32,000 nt of DNA from Planctopirus limnophila DSM 3776 (GTDB lineage: Bacteria > Planctomycetota > Planctomycetia > Planctomycetales > Planctomycetaceae). Location: NCBI RefSeq assembly GCF_000092105.1, contig NC_014148.1, forward strand, positions 3,300,001 to 3,332,000. Reading direction: 5' to 3'. Both the position numbers and the translations under genes were made by a program. The notes under the pieces are model-generated. The model was not told the origin of the DNA and ran no database searches. It saw only the letters and a list, made by a program, of their open reading frames with translations. This document shows, piece after piece, positions 1-10,051 of the stretch. Position 1 is the stretch's first letter. Every line of letters starts with the position of its first letter.

Positions 1-874
1 CGGGGAGTTCAATCCAGGTGGGCTTGCCACCAGAGATGTTGACCACACCAACACGCGTCGATGAATTCTTTTCACCCACTTTCGGGTAAGGGAATGTGAT
101 CACCTTGGGATAGTTCTGCTGGCCATGATCAATCATGGTGAAGCGTGGCACACCGGTCGTATCAAACTGATAAAAGGCAATCGACTGGCTATCCGGACTC
201 CAGCGCCAGCCATCTCGAATCGCGAGTTCCTCTTCGTTCACCCAATCGGAAGTCCCATTGATCAACGTCTCCGAACCATCCGTGGTTAAAGGAGTCACCG
301 TCCAGTCCGTCAGTGATTGAACATAGAGGTTATGAGCATAGACGAAAGCGACTTTCGTTTGATCGGGAGAGATCTTGGCAAACATCATCTGCGCGGGGGG
401 AGTTGTCCCGCCCAGCTTGGTCAACTTCTGCTGTTTGAGATCAAACAGCCAGTAGTCGCCACGAGTATTCTGCCGCCAGACTTTCTGGCTGTTGGTATAG
501 ATCAGCAGTTTTGATTCGTCCTGGGTGAACTGAAAACGCTGCACGGCCAGTGGCTGTTCGCTTCCTGGTGGAATGAGCAGGTTCCCTGCAATGACAACTT
601 CTTTCGCCCCCGTCTGGATGTTAATCCGCATCAGGCTGACAAACTTCGCCTGAGGATTCTCTTTCTCGAATGAAAAATAGCTGTTCGAGAGCCGGCTCCA
701 TTGGAAGCTCCCCACACGTTGTTCGTCGAAATCTTTCGAGTTAAAAATTCGATCGAGGGTGAGTTTCTCAGCCGGATTGTCGGCAGCAGAGACCCGATGG
801 CCAGGAGAGAACTGCATGGAAAGAACGACAGCACTCGCAACCACTGCTGATAAATAGAGAGAGCGATAATTCAT
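1..874 (-). CDS. Dipeptidyl-peptidase IV family (S9B) peptidase: signal peptide plus N-terminal beta-propeller part. The C-terminal catalytic part lies beyond the window start.
   Basis: Absent from the ORF track because it runs off the edge. Hand translation of the minus strand from the ATG at 874 gives MNYRSLYLSAVVASAVVLSMQ...AADNPAEKLTLDRIFNSKDF...LINGTSDWVNEEELAIRDGWRWSPDSQSIAFYQFDTTGVP..., open to position 1. The NGTSDWVxEEE...WSPD..IAF block is the characteristic DPPIV N-terminal propeller signature. Confidence 0.8.
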   Translation of the reverse strand, partial: MNYRSLYLSAVVASAVVLSMQFSPGHRVSAADNPAEKLTLDRIFNSKDFDEQRVGSFQWSRLSNSYFSFEKENPQAKFVSLMRINIQTGAKEVVIAGNLLIPPGSEQPLAVQRFQFTQDESKLLIYTNSQKVWRQNTRGDYWLFDLKQQKLTKLGGTTPPAQMMFAKISPDQTKVAFVYAHNLYVQSLTDWTVTPLTTDGSETLINGTSDWVNEEELAIRDGWRWSPDSQSIAFYQFDTTGVPRFTMIDHGQQNYPKVITFPYPKVGEKNSSTRVGVVNISGGKPTWIELP

Positions 875-992
875 ATCATGCACCTGAAGGTAGGATATTC
901 TATAGGAAAGGTATCACGCCCAGGCCATCGGCAGGGAGTGAATCATGGGCAAGGAGTACAAACCGATTCACACGATTGCGACATGGATTGAA

Positions 993-2096
993 TTAAAACA
1001 CATCGACCAGGCGTGGCCCCCAGACATCAAACTTTGGTGCGATCCCCAGACCAGGCGCTTCACTCGCCTGCATGTAACCATCCACACGCATCGGTGCACC
1101 GTCGGCATTACTGACCGTGACATAGCTGTTAAAATCGGTACTTGTAAAGCGATAGTGCTCGGGTGTGCTATGAGCCAGATGTGCAATGGCAGCCGTGGTG
1201 ATATCGCCACCCCAACTGTCTTCCAGCGTCATGGCAATTCCCAGCGAAACACATAAATCGCGAATCTGTCGTGTTCTTGTCAGCCCACCCAGCTTACTGA
1301 TTTTCAGATTGACCGCATCCATCGCCAGATCGGCCTTCGCCCGCATGAACATACTCAAAGAGTCGATATTCTCATCGAGAATAAAGGGATGATCCGTCGC
1401 CCTGCGGACAGCGAGGCATTCTTCATAAGTCAGACAAGGCTGTTCGATATAAACATCCAGATCACGTACGGCCCGCACGACGCGAATCGCCTCATGCTGT
1501 GACCAGCCAGTATTCGCATCAGCCACCAGACGATCATCGCTATCGAGCATAGCTCGAACTGCGCGAATCCGTTCAATATCGGTATCCGGGTTCCCGCCCA
1601 CCTTGAGTTGAAAGCGGGTGTAGCCATCGGTCTTGTAGGCCGCGACCTTGCGGGCCATGACTTCCGGAGCTTCCTGAGAGATCGCTCGATAGAGCCGGAT
1701 TTTTTCGCCATAGCGCCCACCAAGAAGTGTGCAAACTGGCAAACCAGTGCACTTCCCCAATAAATCCCAGCAGGCAATATCAATCCCGGATTTCACATAA
1801 GCATGCCCTTTAAGGGCGGCATCCATGCGTTCATTGAGCTGGGAAATCTCCCGGGGGTCCCAACCCAACAGGTGCGGCCCTAGTTCCTTAAGCCCTGCCC
1901 TGACACCGTCCGCATACGCCGGCAGATAGAACGGCCCCAGCGGACAGACTTCGCCATAGCCGACATGGCCGGTATCGGTCTCCACTCCCACGAGTGTGCT
2001 GTCAAAAACCGAAACCGACTTGCCACCCGACCAGTGATAGCTCCCTTCACACAAAGGAAGCTCAACACGATGGGCAAAAATCCGGGTGATGATCAT
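993..2096 (-). CDS. Enolase-superfamily enzyme, mandelate racemase/muconate lactonizing enzyme family (MLE-like subgroup). Substrate unknown.
   Basis: 367-aa ORF. Capping domain followed by a TIM barrel with FQLKVGG (strand 2), metal-ligand-like LVADANTGW / YIEQP / ILDENI, and a strand-6 lysine in NLKISKLGG. Confidence 0.85.
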   Translation of the reverse strand: MIITRIFAHRVELPLCEGSYHWSGGKSVSVFDSTLVGVETDTGHVGYGEVCPLGPFYLPAYADGVRAGLKELGPHLLGWDPREISQLNERMDAALKGHAYVKSGIDIACWDLLGKCTGLPVCTLLGGRYGEKIRLYRAISQEAPEVMARKVAAYKTDGYTRFQLKVGGNPDTDIERIRAVRAMLDSDDRLVADANTGWSQHEAIRVVRAVRDLDVYIEQPCLTYEECLAVRRATDHPFILDENIDSLSMFMRAKADLAMDAVNLKISKLGGLTRTRQIRDLCVSLGIAMTLEDSWGGDITTAAIAHLAHSTPEHYRFTSTDFNSYVTVSNADGAPMRVDGYMQASEAPGLGIAPKFDVWGPRLVDVF

Positions 2097-2203
2097 GAGG
2101 AATGTTCCGTGGTGGTGCCGTCATGGCCGGGAGAATTTGTGTTATTGAACACAACATTTCATTGACGGACACCATACGGATTGGCAGGCCTTCTGCACAA
2201 GAA

Positions 2204-2926
2204 TCAATCGGCATGAGTTTGCAGATTTGTCGGAGTCCCTTGCCAGGAAAGACTTTTTGCACAAATGAGCCGGGCCGCTTCTGCCGGCTGAGTCTGCAGC
2301 AACAGGTGCGGCCCTGCAATTTGGCTGAACGTCACCTTCGGCATTAACTTCTGAATGATCGATAAACAGGATGCAGGGACCAGTCGATCCTGTGTCGCCT
2401 GAAGGTAATGAATCGGCACGGAAACATTCTGCAGTTCAGGCCGCACATCAACCCGCAGGACTGCTCGTAACCTGGCAGCCAGAATGTCTGCTGGAACCTG
2501 ATCCAAAACGGTTCGAATCCAATGCCGCGAGTCGGCCTCTGCTCCATTTGCCAGAAACATTATTGCCAGTGGTGTTCGGAATGGATGGGAAAACCACCAT
2601 GAAGAAACCCTCGATGCAGCCCACCGGGGAACCCATCGCACAGGTGAGGTCAAAAAGCTGGCACACAGAATGACGCCACAAAGCCCCGCAGGACTGGTGG
2701 CAGCCAACTGGATGGCCAATGGCCCGGAAAAGGACTCCCCCAGAACGACGTAAGGCTCATCTTCGGGGAGTTGTTGTTTCACGAAAGTCAGCAGTTCCGG
2801 ATAACCCATCCGGGGATCGAACGGATATCTGAAGACGACGGCTTCGATATCGTTGTGCAAATGACTCAGCAACGGCGTAAAGAGTTCACCTGTACCATCC
2901 ATGCCAGGCATGAGGAGCAGTTTCAT
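2204..2926 (-). CDS. Alpha/beta-fold hydrolase, cytoplasmic (no signal peptide).
   Basis: 240-aa ORF with nucleophile elbow GESFSG (GxSxG) after VVLGESFSGPLAIQLAA. GGAGGAG Shine-Dalgarno 8 nt upstream of the ATG at 2926. Confidence 0.75.
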   Translation of the reverse strand: MKLLLMPGMDGTGELFTPLLSHLHNDIEAVVFRYPFDPRMGYPELLTFVKQQLPEDEPYVVLGESFSGPLAIQLAATSPAGLCGVILCASFLTSPVRWVPRWAASRVSSWWFSHPFRTPLAIMFLANGAEADSRHWIRTVLDQVPADILAARLRAVLRVDVRPELQNVSVPIHYLQATQDRLVPASCLSIIQKLMPKVTFSQIAGPHLLLQTQPAEAARLICAKSLSWQGTPTNLQTHAD

Positions 2927-2976
2927 TCACGACTCCTCCTGCCAGCCATCATCGACCTCTCTTCAACAACAAAGGT

Positions 2977-3429
2977 TTATTTAGCAGCTTCAAGCTCAAT
3001 ATTAAACTTCGTGGCCGATGCTCCGACTTCAACTTCCAGCGGTGTGGATTCTTTGCTTTTATACTTCGCAGTAATCTCAGGGTAAGTGGCTTTATCAGTC
3101 GGATCGACCATCGAGACGCCATCCTTTTCAATGATCCGTTGGCCGGGAGGTGCCACAACCACTTTGTACTTGCCGGGGATGACTTTCGCACCGCCGGGTG
3201 GTGTGTAGGCGTAAGTCCCATCGGCTTTCACGCGCGTTACGAAGGCATCATCACGATCGACAGCCGAAAATGTCAGAATGGTTCCTTCGGGAAGAGCCTT
3301 GCCAGCGGCAGACGTCGTGCCCGAAACACCGCCAATCTGGGGAACGGATGATCCGCAGCCTAATGCCGCGACGAGCATCGACAGACTGAGGCAGAATCCG
3401 GTGCAGTGAGAAAACAGAGTTCTGTTCAT
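2977..3429 (-). CDS. Small secreted protein or putative lipoprotein, carboxypeptidase-regulatory-like beta-sandwich type. Partner A of DUF1559-A.
   Basis: Internal ATG at 3429 of the 2977..3666 ORF gives MNRTLFSHCTGFCLSLSMLVAALGCGSS..., a signal peptide with Cys. The ORF part upstream of 3429 overlaps the 3' end of the neighbouring gene and has no protein-like character. It is a paralog of 7803..8282, with a shared C-terminal motif (I/V)xAKY...EV..G.N.(F/I)N(I/F)EL. Confidence 0.7.
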   Translation of the reverse strand: MNRTLFSHCTGFCLSLSMLVAALGCGSSVPQIGGVSGTTSAAGKALPEGTILTFSAVDRDDAFVTRVKADGTYAYTPPGGAKVIPGKYKVVVAPPGQRIIEKDGVSMVDPTDKATYPEITAKYKSKESTPLEVEVGASATKFNIELEAAK

Positions 3430-3547
3430 TTCAAGTTCCAGGTATTGACCAGCGACAAGCGAGCCGGCATTCAGACAGCGGGGAGAGAAAAACAGCCGCC
3501 TGACGAGGTGAGTCAAGCGGCTGCTGAGTGAGACGTTCGAGAGACTC

Positions 3548-4543
<996 letters not shown>

Positions 4544-4610
4544 GCGTGCCTCCAGTCAGAAGAGAAGAAGTTTTTAACAAGACAGGAACTGGGATAGGAA
4601 AACTTTACAT

Positions 4611-4640
4611 AGCGTACACAAGAGAATGTTTATGAGTCAA
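4611..4640 (-). promoter_or_regulatory. Candidate sigma70-like promoter for DUF1559-A (TTGACT-18 nt-TACGCT on the minus strand).
   Basis: The reverse complement of 4611..4640 reads TTGACTCATAAACATTCTCTTGTGTACGCT, about 70-95 nt upstream of the start codon at 4543. This is pattern only, and planctomycete promoter consensus is poorly defined. Confidence 0.25.
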
Positions 4641-4749
4641 TCAGCGATCTTTAAAATCTTGCTTCACCAAGGAAGTTCGCCTGCTCATCTCAGGATTTCC
4701 CCAGAGCAGTTCAGGCAGAGATCAGTTCACGGTAAGTCATCAGCAGGAA

Positions 4750-5493
4750 TTATGTTGTGGACTTTCTTTCCACAGATTTCTTGTCGCCGGATTTGCAACT
4801 GGCGATGATTTCATCTTTCAGAGAATCTGACATCACCAGACCGGCTGGAGGGGCTTCGATAAAGTTGATGCCGTGAAACAAGCTCAATTCAGCGAGCGCT
4901 ATGCGCATCTCCTGGGGAGCATGAACGCCCAGTGCCGCAGAGACAGAGATCCTGCGTTCGCTCTCGAGCAGCTTTCGGAGAGCAGCGGTCAATCGCTCAC
5001 GGTTCGCCCTTCGAATGAGCAGCATGCGCTGAATGGCGAAGAAGACCAGATGCCACGACGCTGGCCCGATGAGCAGGAACATCAGAAAGATTTTGGCCGT
5101 TGAAAGCAGGTCGAACGAATGGCCAAAAGTCACCCTCGGAACACCCATCGACAAGAATGACAAACCCGTCCACTGTCCAAACTGGAAGGCCTGAGTCGTC
5201 CCCAAATTCTGAAGAGAACTCCAACTTACCAAGTAATAGATCACCCCCAACAGGAGAAAAATCCCTGTCGCCACTTCGGCAAACCAGCCCGGAGCAATGG
5301 CCCACTGGAATCGCATGACCAGAATCGGCCAGATCATGTTCCAATAGAAGAGTGTGAGGAAACTGGCGACGAACAGGCCAAGGACAAGCCCTCCTCCGGC
5401 CCAGAGCATCGCTTCCTGAAGTTGCTCGTCGACCCAGACATCGAGCGTGACTTTTTTACGTTTCTTCTGTGTCACTCCGGTTCCCGCAGCCAT
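4750..5493 (-). CDS. Hypothetical integral membrane protein (3-4 predicted TM helices plus a charged C-terminal cytoplasmic domain).
   Basis: 247-aa ORF. Hydrophobic stretches GGGLVLGLFVASFLTLFYWNMIWPILV, WFAEVATGIFLLLGVIYYLVSW and AKIFLMFLLIGPASWHLVFFAI. GAGG-type Shine-Dalgarno upstream of the ATG at 5493. I recognise no family. Confidence 0.6.
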   Translation of the reverse strand: MAAGTGVTQKKRKKVTLDVWVDEQLQEAMLWAGGGLVLGLFVASFLTLFYWNMIWPILVMRFQWAIAPGWFAEVATGIFLLLGVIYYLVSWSSLQNLGTTQAFQFGQWTGLSFLSMGVPRVTFGHSFDLLSTAKIFLMFLLIGPASWHLVFFAIQRMLLIRRANRERLTAALRKLLESERRISVSAALGVHAPQEMRIALAELSLFHGINFIEAPPAGLVMSDSLKDEIIASCKSGDKKSVERKSTT

Positions 5494-6038
5494 GCCCCCT
5501 CAACTTCCTCGAAAGTGAAACTGGTTTTGCCTGGAAACTGGCTTTGCCTGCTAAATGCCAGAGAATCTGAGCACTCTAAAACCCTGTCGGCCATACGAGG
5601 AATCTTCTATGGAAGATTAAAATCGTTCTCCCGTTTTGAGTGCTCAGGCTCACGCCAAAGAAATCTAGCCGAAGATTGTGAAGATGGCCAAAACTGCTGA
5701 AACAATGCGAATTCCGCAAACCTCTTGACCAAGGCAAACTTCCCAAGCCAACAAACATTGACCAATGGCAGAGAATGGCTACAATCGGCCAAGTCGGCAG
5801 GATCGGTAAATTAATCACACTCGTGAGAACCCGAAAACTTGCTGCAATGTTACCATTGTTGCACACCTCGGGGTTTTCGGCAGGTTTGGGGTTTGCCGCT
5901 GATGACGCAATTCGCGGACTTGGCGGCATTCGGCAGGGAATTGCCACCTCTTCGACTACGGAGAGCGAAGAGGTCACAGTCCAGTGTTCCGCTCATCGAC
6001 AGGGTGTGCGGAGCCGCTTCAAAGGATGGACGTTTGTC

Positions 6039-6617
6039 ATGAAAACGGTTTTCACCACAGGCGAGGCGGCCAAGATCTGCAAGGTCAGCCAGCAGACCAT
6101 TATCCGCTGTTTCGATTCGGGTCAGCTCAAAGGTTTTCGAGTTCCGGGATCACGATTCCGGCGGATCCCCCGCGATATTCTCTATCGCTTCATGAAAGAG
6201 AATGGCATTCCGACGGATGCCCTAGAAAGTGGCCGCCGCAAGGCTCTCGTGGTGGATGACGATGTCGAACTCGTCGAACTGATTCGCGATGCCCTCGAAG
6301 CCGATGGCAGGTTTGAAGTGCGAGTCGCCAACAATGGCTTTGATGCTGGGATGATGGTCAAAGAGTACCGCCCGGATATCATCGTGCTCGACGTGATGCT
6401 TCCGGATATCAATGGCAAGGAAGTCTGTCAGCGGGTGCGCAATGATCCAGCTCTCGATGATGTGCGCATCATCTGCATCAGCGGGATGGTGGAAGCCGAC
6501 AAGATTGACGATCTGAAGAAATCCGGTGCCAACGAGTTCCTGCAGAAGCCTTTCGAAGTCGAAACGTTGGTCGATCGGATGTGCCGCCTGCTCGATGTCG
6601 AGCCCTCTGACAACTAA
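6039..6617 (+). CDS. Response regulator with N-terminal excisionase/MerR-type HTH and C-terminal receiver domain.
   Basis: ATG at 6039 preceded by AAGGA. MKTVFTTGEAAKICKVSQQTIIRCFDSGQLKGFRVPGSRFRRIPRDILYRFM is an HTH_17-like domain. The REC domain follows, with VVDDD, IIVLDVMLPDINGKEV and QKPF. The 5775..6038 part of the long ORF has no protein-like features. Confidence 0.8.
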   Translation: MKTVFTTGEAAKICKVSQQTIIRCFDSGQLKGFRVPGSRFRRIPRDILYRFMKENGIPTDALESGRRKALVVDDDVELVELIRDALEADGRFEVRVANNGFDAGMMVKEYRPDIIVLDVMLPDINGKEVCQRVRNDPALDDVRIICISGMVEADKIDDLKKSGANEFLQKPFEVETLVDRMCRLLDVEPSDN

Positions 6618-6625
6618 ACGAGGAA

Positions 6626-6648
6626 CTTTGGGGTTATCAACCTCAAAG
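6626..6648 (+). terminator. Hairpin directly after the response-regulator stop (weak intrinsic-terminator candidate).
   Basis: CTTTGGGGTT-ATC-AACCTCAAAG: 10-bp stem with one G-U pair and a 3-nt loop. It is followed by CAAAACCTTTTGGG, so the U-tract is displaced and short. Confidence 0.3.
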
Positions 6649-6812
6649 CAAAACCTTTTGGGTAGGGTGCATGAAGTTCCGACGGAATGCCCCAACTCAT
6701 TCTGGTTTGATTTATCGAACGTACTAGCAGTCATCGAGTTGACTGACAGGGCTTGTCGCTGGGTGTAAGCCTTTGCACTCGTATTGTTTCTCCAGTGCTG
6801 GGGAAAGTCTCA

Positions 6813-7757
6813 ATGCTGGTGCATTCCGCAGACTCCATGCACCCTACTAGATTTATTGCATGCGTCCTGTTTGAAACGCCTTGGGCACTCACTGGAAAAC
6901 ACCCCGAGAATACTGTTGAACATGCGGTTCCAGAGAAGGCCTCGGCCATGAATGACGAGGATCAGCCAACTCTTCCCATCGATACCGCAACCAGCAGCAA
7001 TGCCTCTCTCTCTGAGAACTCCTGGTCGCCGGATGCATCACGCCTCGAGGCCTTGGCCGAGTTTGCCGCCGGTGCCGGTCACGAGATCAACAACCCTCTG
7101 GCAACGATCCTCGGGCGAGTGCAACTGCTGCTCCCTGGTGAATCGCACCCGGATCGTCGCAAACATCTCGAAACGATCATGTCGCAGACACTGCGTATTC
7201 GGGACATGATTGGCGACCTGATGCTCTTTGCACGGCCCCCTGCACCACAGCGCGCTCTTGTCGATGTGAAGCAACTTGTTGAAACTGTCTGCCTTAAACA
7301 AAAACCGGAGATTCAGATTGCTGGCTGCGAACTCGAATTCACCAGTGAGCTTCTGGAAACCACTCCTGAAGGGCACAGCGAAACTGGAAAGTTCCTGGCG
7401 TTTATCGATCGACACCAACTCTCCATTGTCGTGGCAGAACTCCTGCGAAATGCCCGCCAGGCGATGAAAGAAAATGGTGGCGTGATCCGAGTCTATCTTT
7501 CCCGAATAACAGATGGCTTACCACAACTCCAACTGATCGTCGCTGATACCGGGCGCGGCTTCTCAGCGCTGGATCAGCAGCACGCTTTCGATCCTTTCTA
7601 CTCGGGTCGGCAAGCGGGTCGTGGAATTGGGTTTGGCCTGTGCAAAGTATGGCAGATCGTCCGTCAGCATCACGGAACGATTGCCATCGACTCTCAGCCA
7701 GAAGGCCCGACGAGCATCACCATTACGATACCCGTCGAAGAACCGATGGAACCATGA
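6813..7757 (+). CDS. Soluble sensor histidine kinase (HisKA + HATPase_c, with no TM segment or recognisable sensor domain).
   Basis: H-box FAAGAGHEINNPLATILGRVQLL. N-box ELLRNARQAM. G-boxes DTGRGF and GRGIGFGLCKV. The start is uncertain: ATG 6813 is chosen, with alternatives TTG 6753 and ATG 6948. The stop at 7757 is firm. Confidence 0.8.
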   Translation: MLVHSADSMHPTRFIACVLFETPWALTGKHPENTVEHAVPEKASAMNDEDQPTLPIDTATSSNASLSENSWSPDASRLEALAEFAAGAGHEINNPLATILGRVQLLLPGESHPDRRKHLETIMSQTLRIRDMIGDLMLFARPPAPQRALVDVKQLVETVCLKQKPEIQIAGCELEFTSELLETTPEGHSETGKFLAFIDRHQLSIVVAELLRNARQAMKENGGVIRVYLSRITDGLPQLQLIVADTGRGFSALDQQHAFDPFYSGRQAGRGIGFGLCKVWQIVRQHHGTIAIDSQPEGPTSITITIPVEEPMEP

Positions 7758-7802
7758 TCATTCCGTCAACCACCTGGCAATGACCTCGATCATCGCACCC
7801 GA

Positions 7803-8282
7803 TCAGTTCTTGAGTTCAAAGTTGATCGTGTTGCTCCCCGCTTTTACCTCCGCAGTGAGTGCCCCGGGTTTCAGGTACTTGGCTGGGACAGATTCGGGCT
7901 GTCCTTTGACCCACTCACCCTCTTGACCATTTTGAGGAGGTTTGGCATAGCCATCCGTACGCGTGGTAACGGAAACCACATGCGGCCCCACTTTAGCGCC
8001 ATAGTTTGTAAGATCGAATCTCAGAGTGTAGGCCCCGTTCTCGTCGGTCATCCCTTCCGAGGCTCGACTGTCTGGCGGCTGAAACTGAACTCGCGCATTG
8101 GCCAGCGGTTTGCCATCGAGCGTCACCACTCCGGAAACCTTGCCGAGAGGAGGCAGATCACTCACGCTGCTGCCACAGCCACAGGACATTGAACTCAGGA
8201 TGGCCACAACAGAGAACACCACTGTTGGGAACCGGGCCGGACTGATCTGTCCGACCCAACTCCGTAATGCGAATACCCACAT
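7803..8282 (-). CDS. Small secreted protein or putative lipoprotein, carboxypeptidase-regulatory-like beta-sandwich type. Partner B of DUF1559-B.
   Basis: MWVFALRSWVGQISPARFPTVVFSVVAILSSMSCGCGSS... followed by GVVTLDGKPLANARVQF...TDENGAYTL. The C-terminus VPAKYLKPGALTAEVKAGSNTINFELKN parallels 2977..3429. An alternative start is at 8321. Confidence 0.7.
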   Translation of the reverse strand: MWVFALRSWVGQISPARFPTVVFSVVAILSSMSCGCGSSVSDLPPLGKVSGVVTLDGKPLANARVQFQPPDSRASEGMTDENGAYTLRFDLTNYGAKVGPHVVSVTTRTDGYAKPPQNGQEGEWVKGQPESVPAKYLKPGALTAEVKAGSNTINFELKN

Positions 8283-8377
8283 AGTCGTCTCAACACCTCG
8301 ATTGTTGACCCAGTTGTCCAAGGCCCGAGTGGGCTTGAATCATCCACTGCTCAGAAAATCCACAAAAGTGGACACCA

Positions 8378-9388
8378 CTAATAGTCGCCAATCACAAATC
8401 CATCGGCAATCCCGACCAGGGCTTCGAAGGTGCTGTTGATGGGGGCAGGTGCAACGGTTTCACCGATATTGAAGATGTTTTGAGAGAGGAACTTGACGGC
8501 TCCATCTCCCATGAGGAAGTGTGCTCCGCCCGTATGCTGGCTGCTATAGCTGGCGGATGTTTCAGTATTGGGCCCTGTGAGAACGGGATTAATGCCCCAT
8601 TTCGAGGTCCCTACGATTGTCATGATCCCCTGATTCCAGCCGGGATTTACATCCTGTGCAGCAGGCCCCCCCGCATTGGCGTCGCGAACAGCATAGAGCG
8701 TTCCCGCACTCATCCGCTGTGCACCGGAAAGCCAGGCCCGCTCGCCCACAAGAATCGTATTGCTGCTTCCATCCGTGATATTCGAGAAGTTTGTTCGGCT
8801 ATTGCGGAAAAAAGCTCCCGTGGCCCCTTGCGTACCATCCGTCCCAGCACGACCTGCCTGCCTTGGTGCCGATGTACTGTTCGAGGCCACATAATTGCTC
8901 AGTGCCAGACCTCGATTGGTCGTGGTGGTGGCATCTTCAATGGCATAACCGGGATCGAGAGCTGGATCATGCACTCTCGGCCCGTTATCCGAAGGGCAAT
9001 CAAAAGCCGCCAGCTGATTCTGCATGGCACCCAGGTTTGCCTGAATGGCGGCACTGGGAAGTTGTCCATTCACGTTGAGCGTGTTGAACAGAGGTGTCTG
9101 ATCGATGTAAGGGAGCAGAAATGCAGACCAGGCCCAATGCCCTTTGTTATCGGCGACTGTGGCCTGCACGTACGCTGGTGGTAGCGTGTTGTAAGTATCG
9201 TGATAGTTGTGCATCGCGATCCCCAGTTGCTTGAGGTTGTTTCTGCACTGAGTCCGCCGAGCCGCTTCCCGCGCCTGCTGAACAGCGGGGAGCAGCAGCG
9301 CAATCAGAATCGCGATAATGGCAATCACCACCAGCAGTTCAATCAGCGTGAACCCGGCAGAGCGATTTGAAGTTCGTCTTTCTGACAT
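8378..9388 (-). CDS. DUF1559-B: prepilin-type N-terminal cleavage/methylation domain protein with H-X9-DG motif.
   Basis: ATG at 9388 with AGGAG 7 nt upstream. [66 protein letters not shown].... C-terminal HTGGAHFLMGDG. Confidence 0.9.
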   Translation of the reverse strand: MSERRTSNRSAGFTLIELLVVIAIIAILIALLLPAVQQAREAARRTQCRNNLKQLGIAMHNYHDTYNTLPPAYVQATVADNKGHWAWSAFLLPYIDQTPLFNTLNVNGQLPSAAIQANLGAMQNQLAAFDCPSDNGPRVHDPALDPGYAIEDATTTTNRGLALSNYVASNSTSAPRQAGRAGTDGTQGATGAFFRNSRTNFSNITDGSSNTILVGERAWLSGAQRMSAGTLYAVRDANAGGPAAQDVNPGWNQGIMTIVGTSKWGINPVLTGPNTETSASYSSQHTGGAHFLMGDGAVKFLSQNIFNIGETVAPAPINSTFEALVGIADGFVIGDY

Positions 9389-9870
9389 GAATAAACTCCT
9401 GAGAAAAGCTCGAAAGAACATCGAGAAAACTGGGCAGAAAGCCCGGGACAGTCATGAGATATGAAAATGGATTACAACCTGGAAGCGAACTGATTGCTGA
9501 CGGTTTGCAGATGTGAAATCTTCTGTGATCGAAATCAATAACTGAGCTGACCCAATTTTTGATTGATCAATCGCAATACTGAAGCGAACTCATCACTCGG
9601 CGCGACTTGTGGCGAACGCCATACGAATTGACATATGAGATGAAAGCAAAAAACAAACACTTTGAGCATCGGTAGATCAGTTGCACATCATGAATCCAAC
9701 GCACTGGTGACTGCATCATGTTTGATGCGTTGAGTCTGCGGATCCAGGCGATTCGCCTGCCAAAGTTTTCCAAAACTCAAAGTGCCAAGTCATCTTGCCA
9801 TTCGGAGCAAGCCCCTGACTGGCCGACAATCTGTGATGCCTGACGTCATGTCACTTCGAATCAAACTCTG

Positions 9871-9907
9871 AAAGCTTTGCAGTTCGAGCGCAGAACTGAA
9901 AAGCTTT
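9871..9907. promoter_or_regulatory. 15-bp imperfect inverted repeat (operator or RNA-hairpin candidate) in the divergent intergenic region.
   Basis: AAAGCTTTGCAGTTC-GAGCGCA-GAACTGAAAAGCTTT: 14/15 complementary with a 7-nt spacer, about 145 nt upstream of the DHDPS-family start codon. Confidence 0.3.
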
Positions 9908-10051
9908 AGTCATACTGATCATTTGCGTGACAATACGCAAGCGAATAAAAATATGTCCATGTGATTGCTTTTGTCGACAACGATATGATTGGCGGTCGAT
10001 AAGACTTCTCATGTCGCAGACCTGAATTCACGGCTCAATATCCAGGAATCG

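Noticed and set aside
2510-2520. GGTTCGAATCC, the tRNA T-loop consensus.
   Set aside because: The flanks (AACGG / CCAAT) cannot form a T-stem, and no acceptor or anticodon arms are present. It lies inside the well-supported alpha/beta hydrolase CDS.
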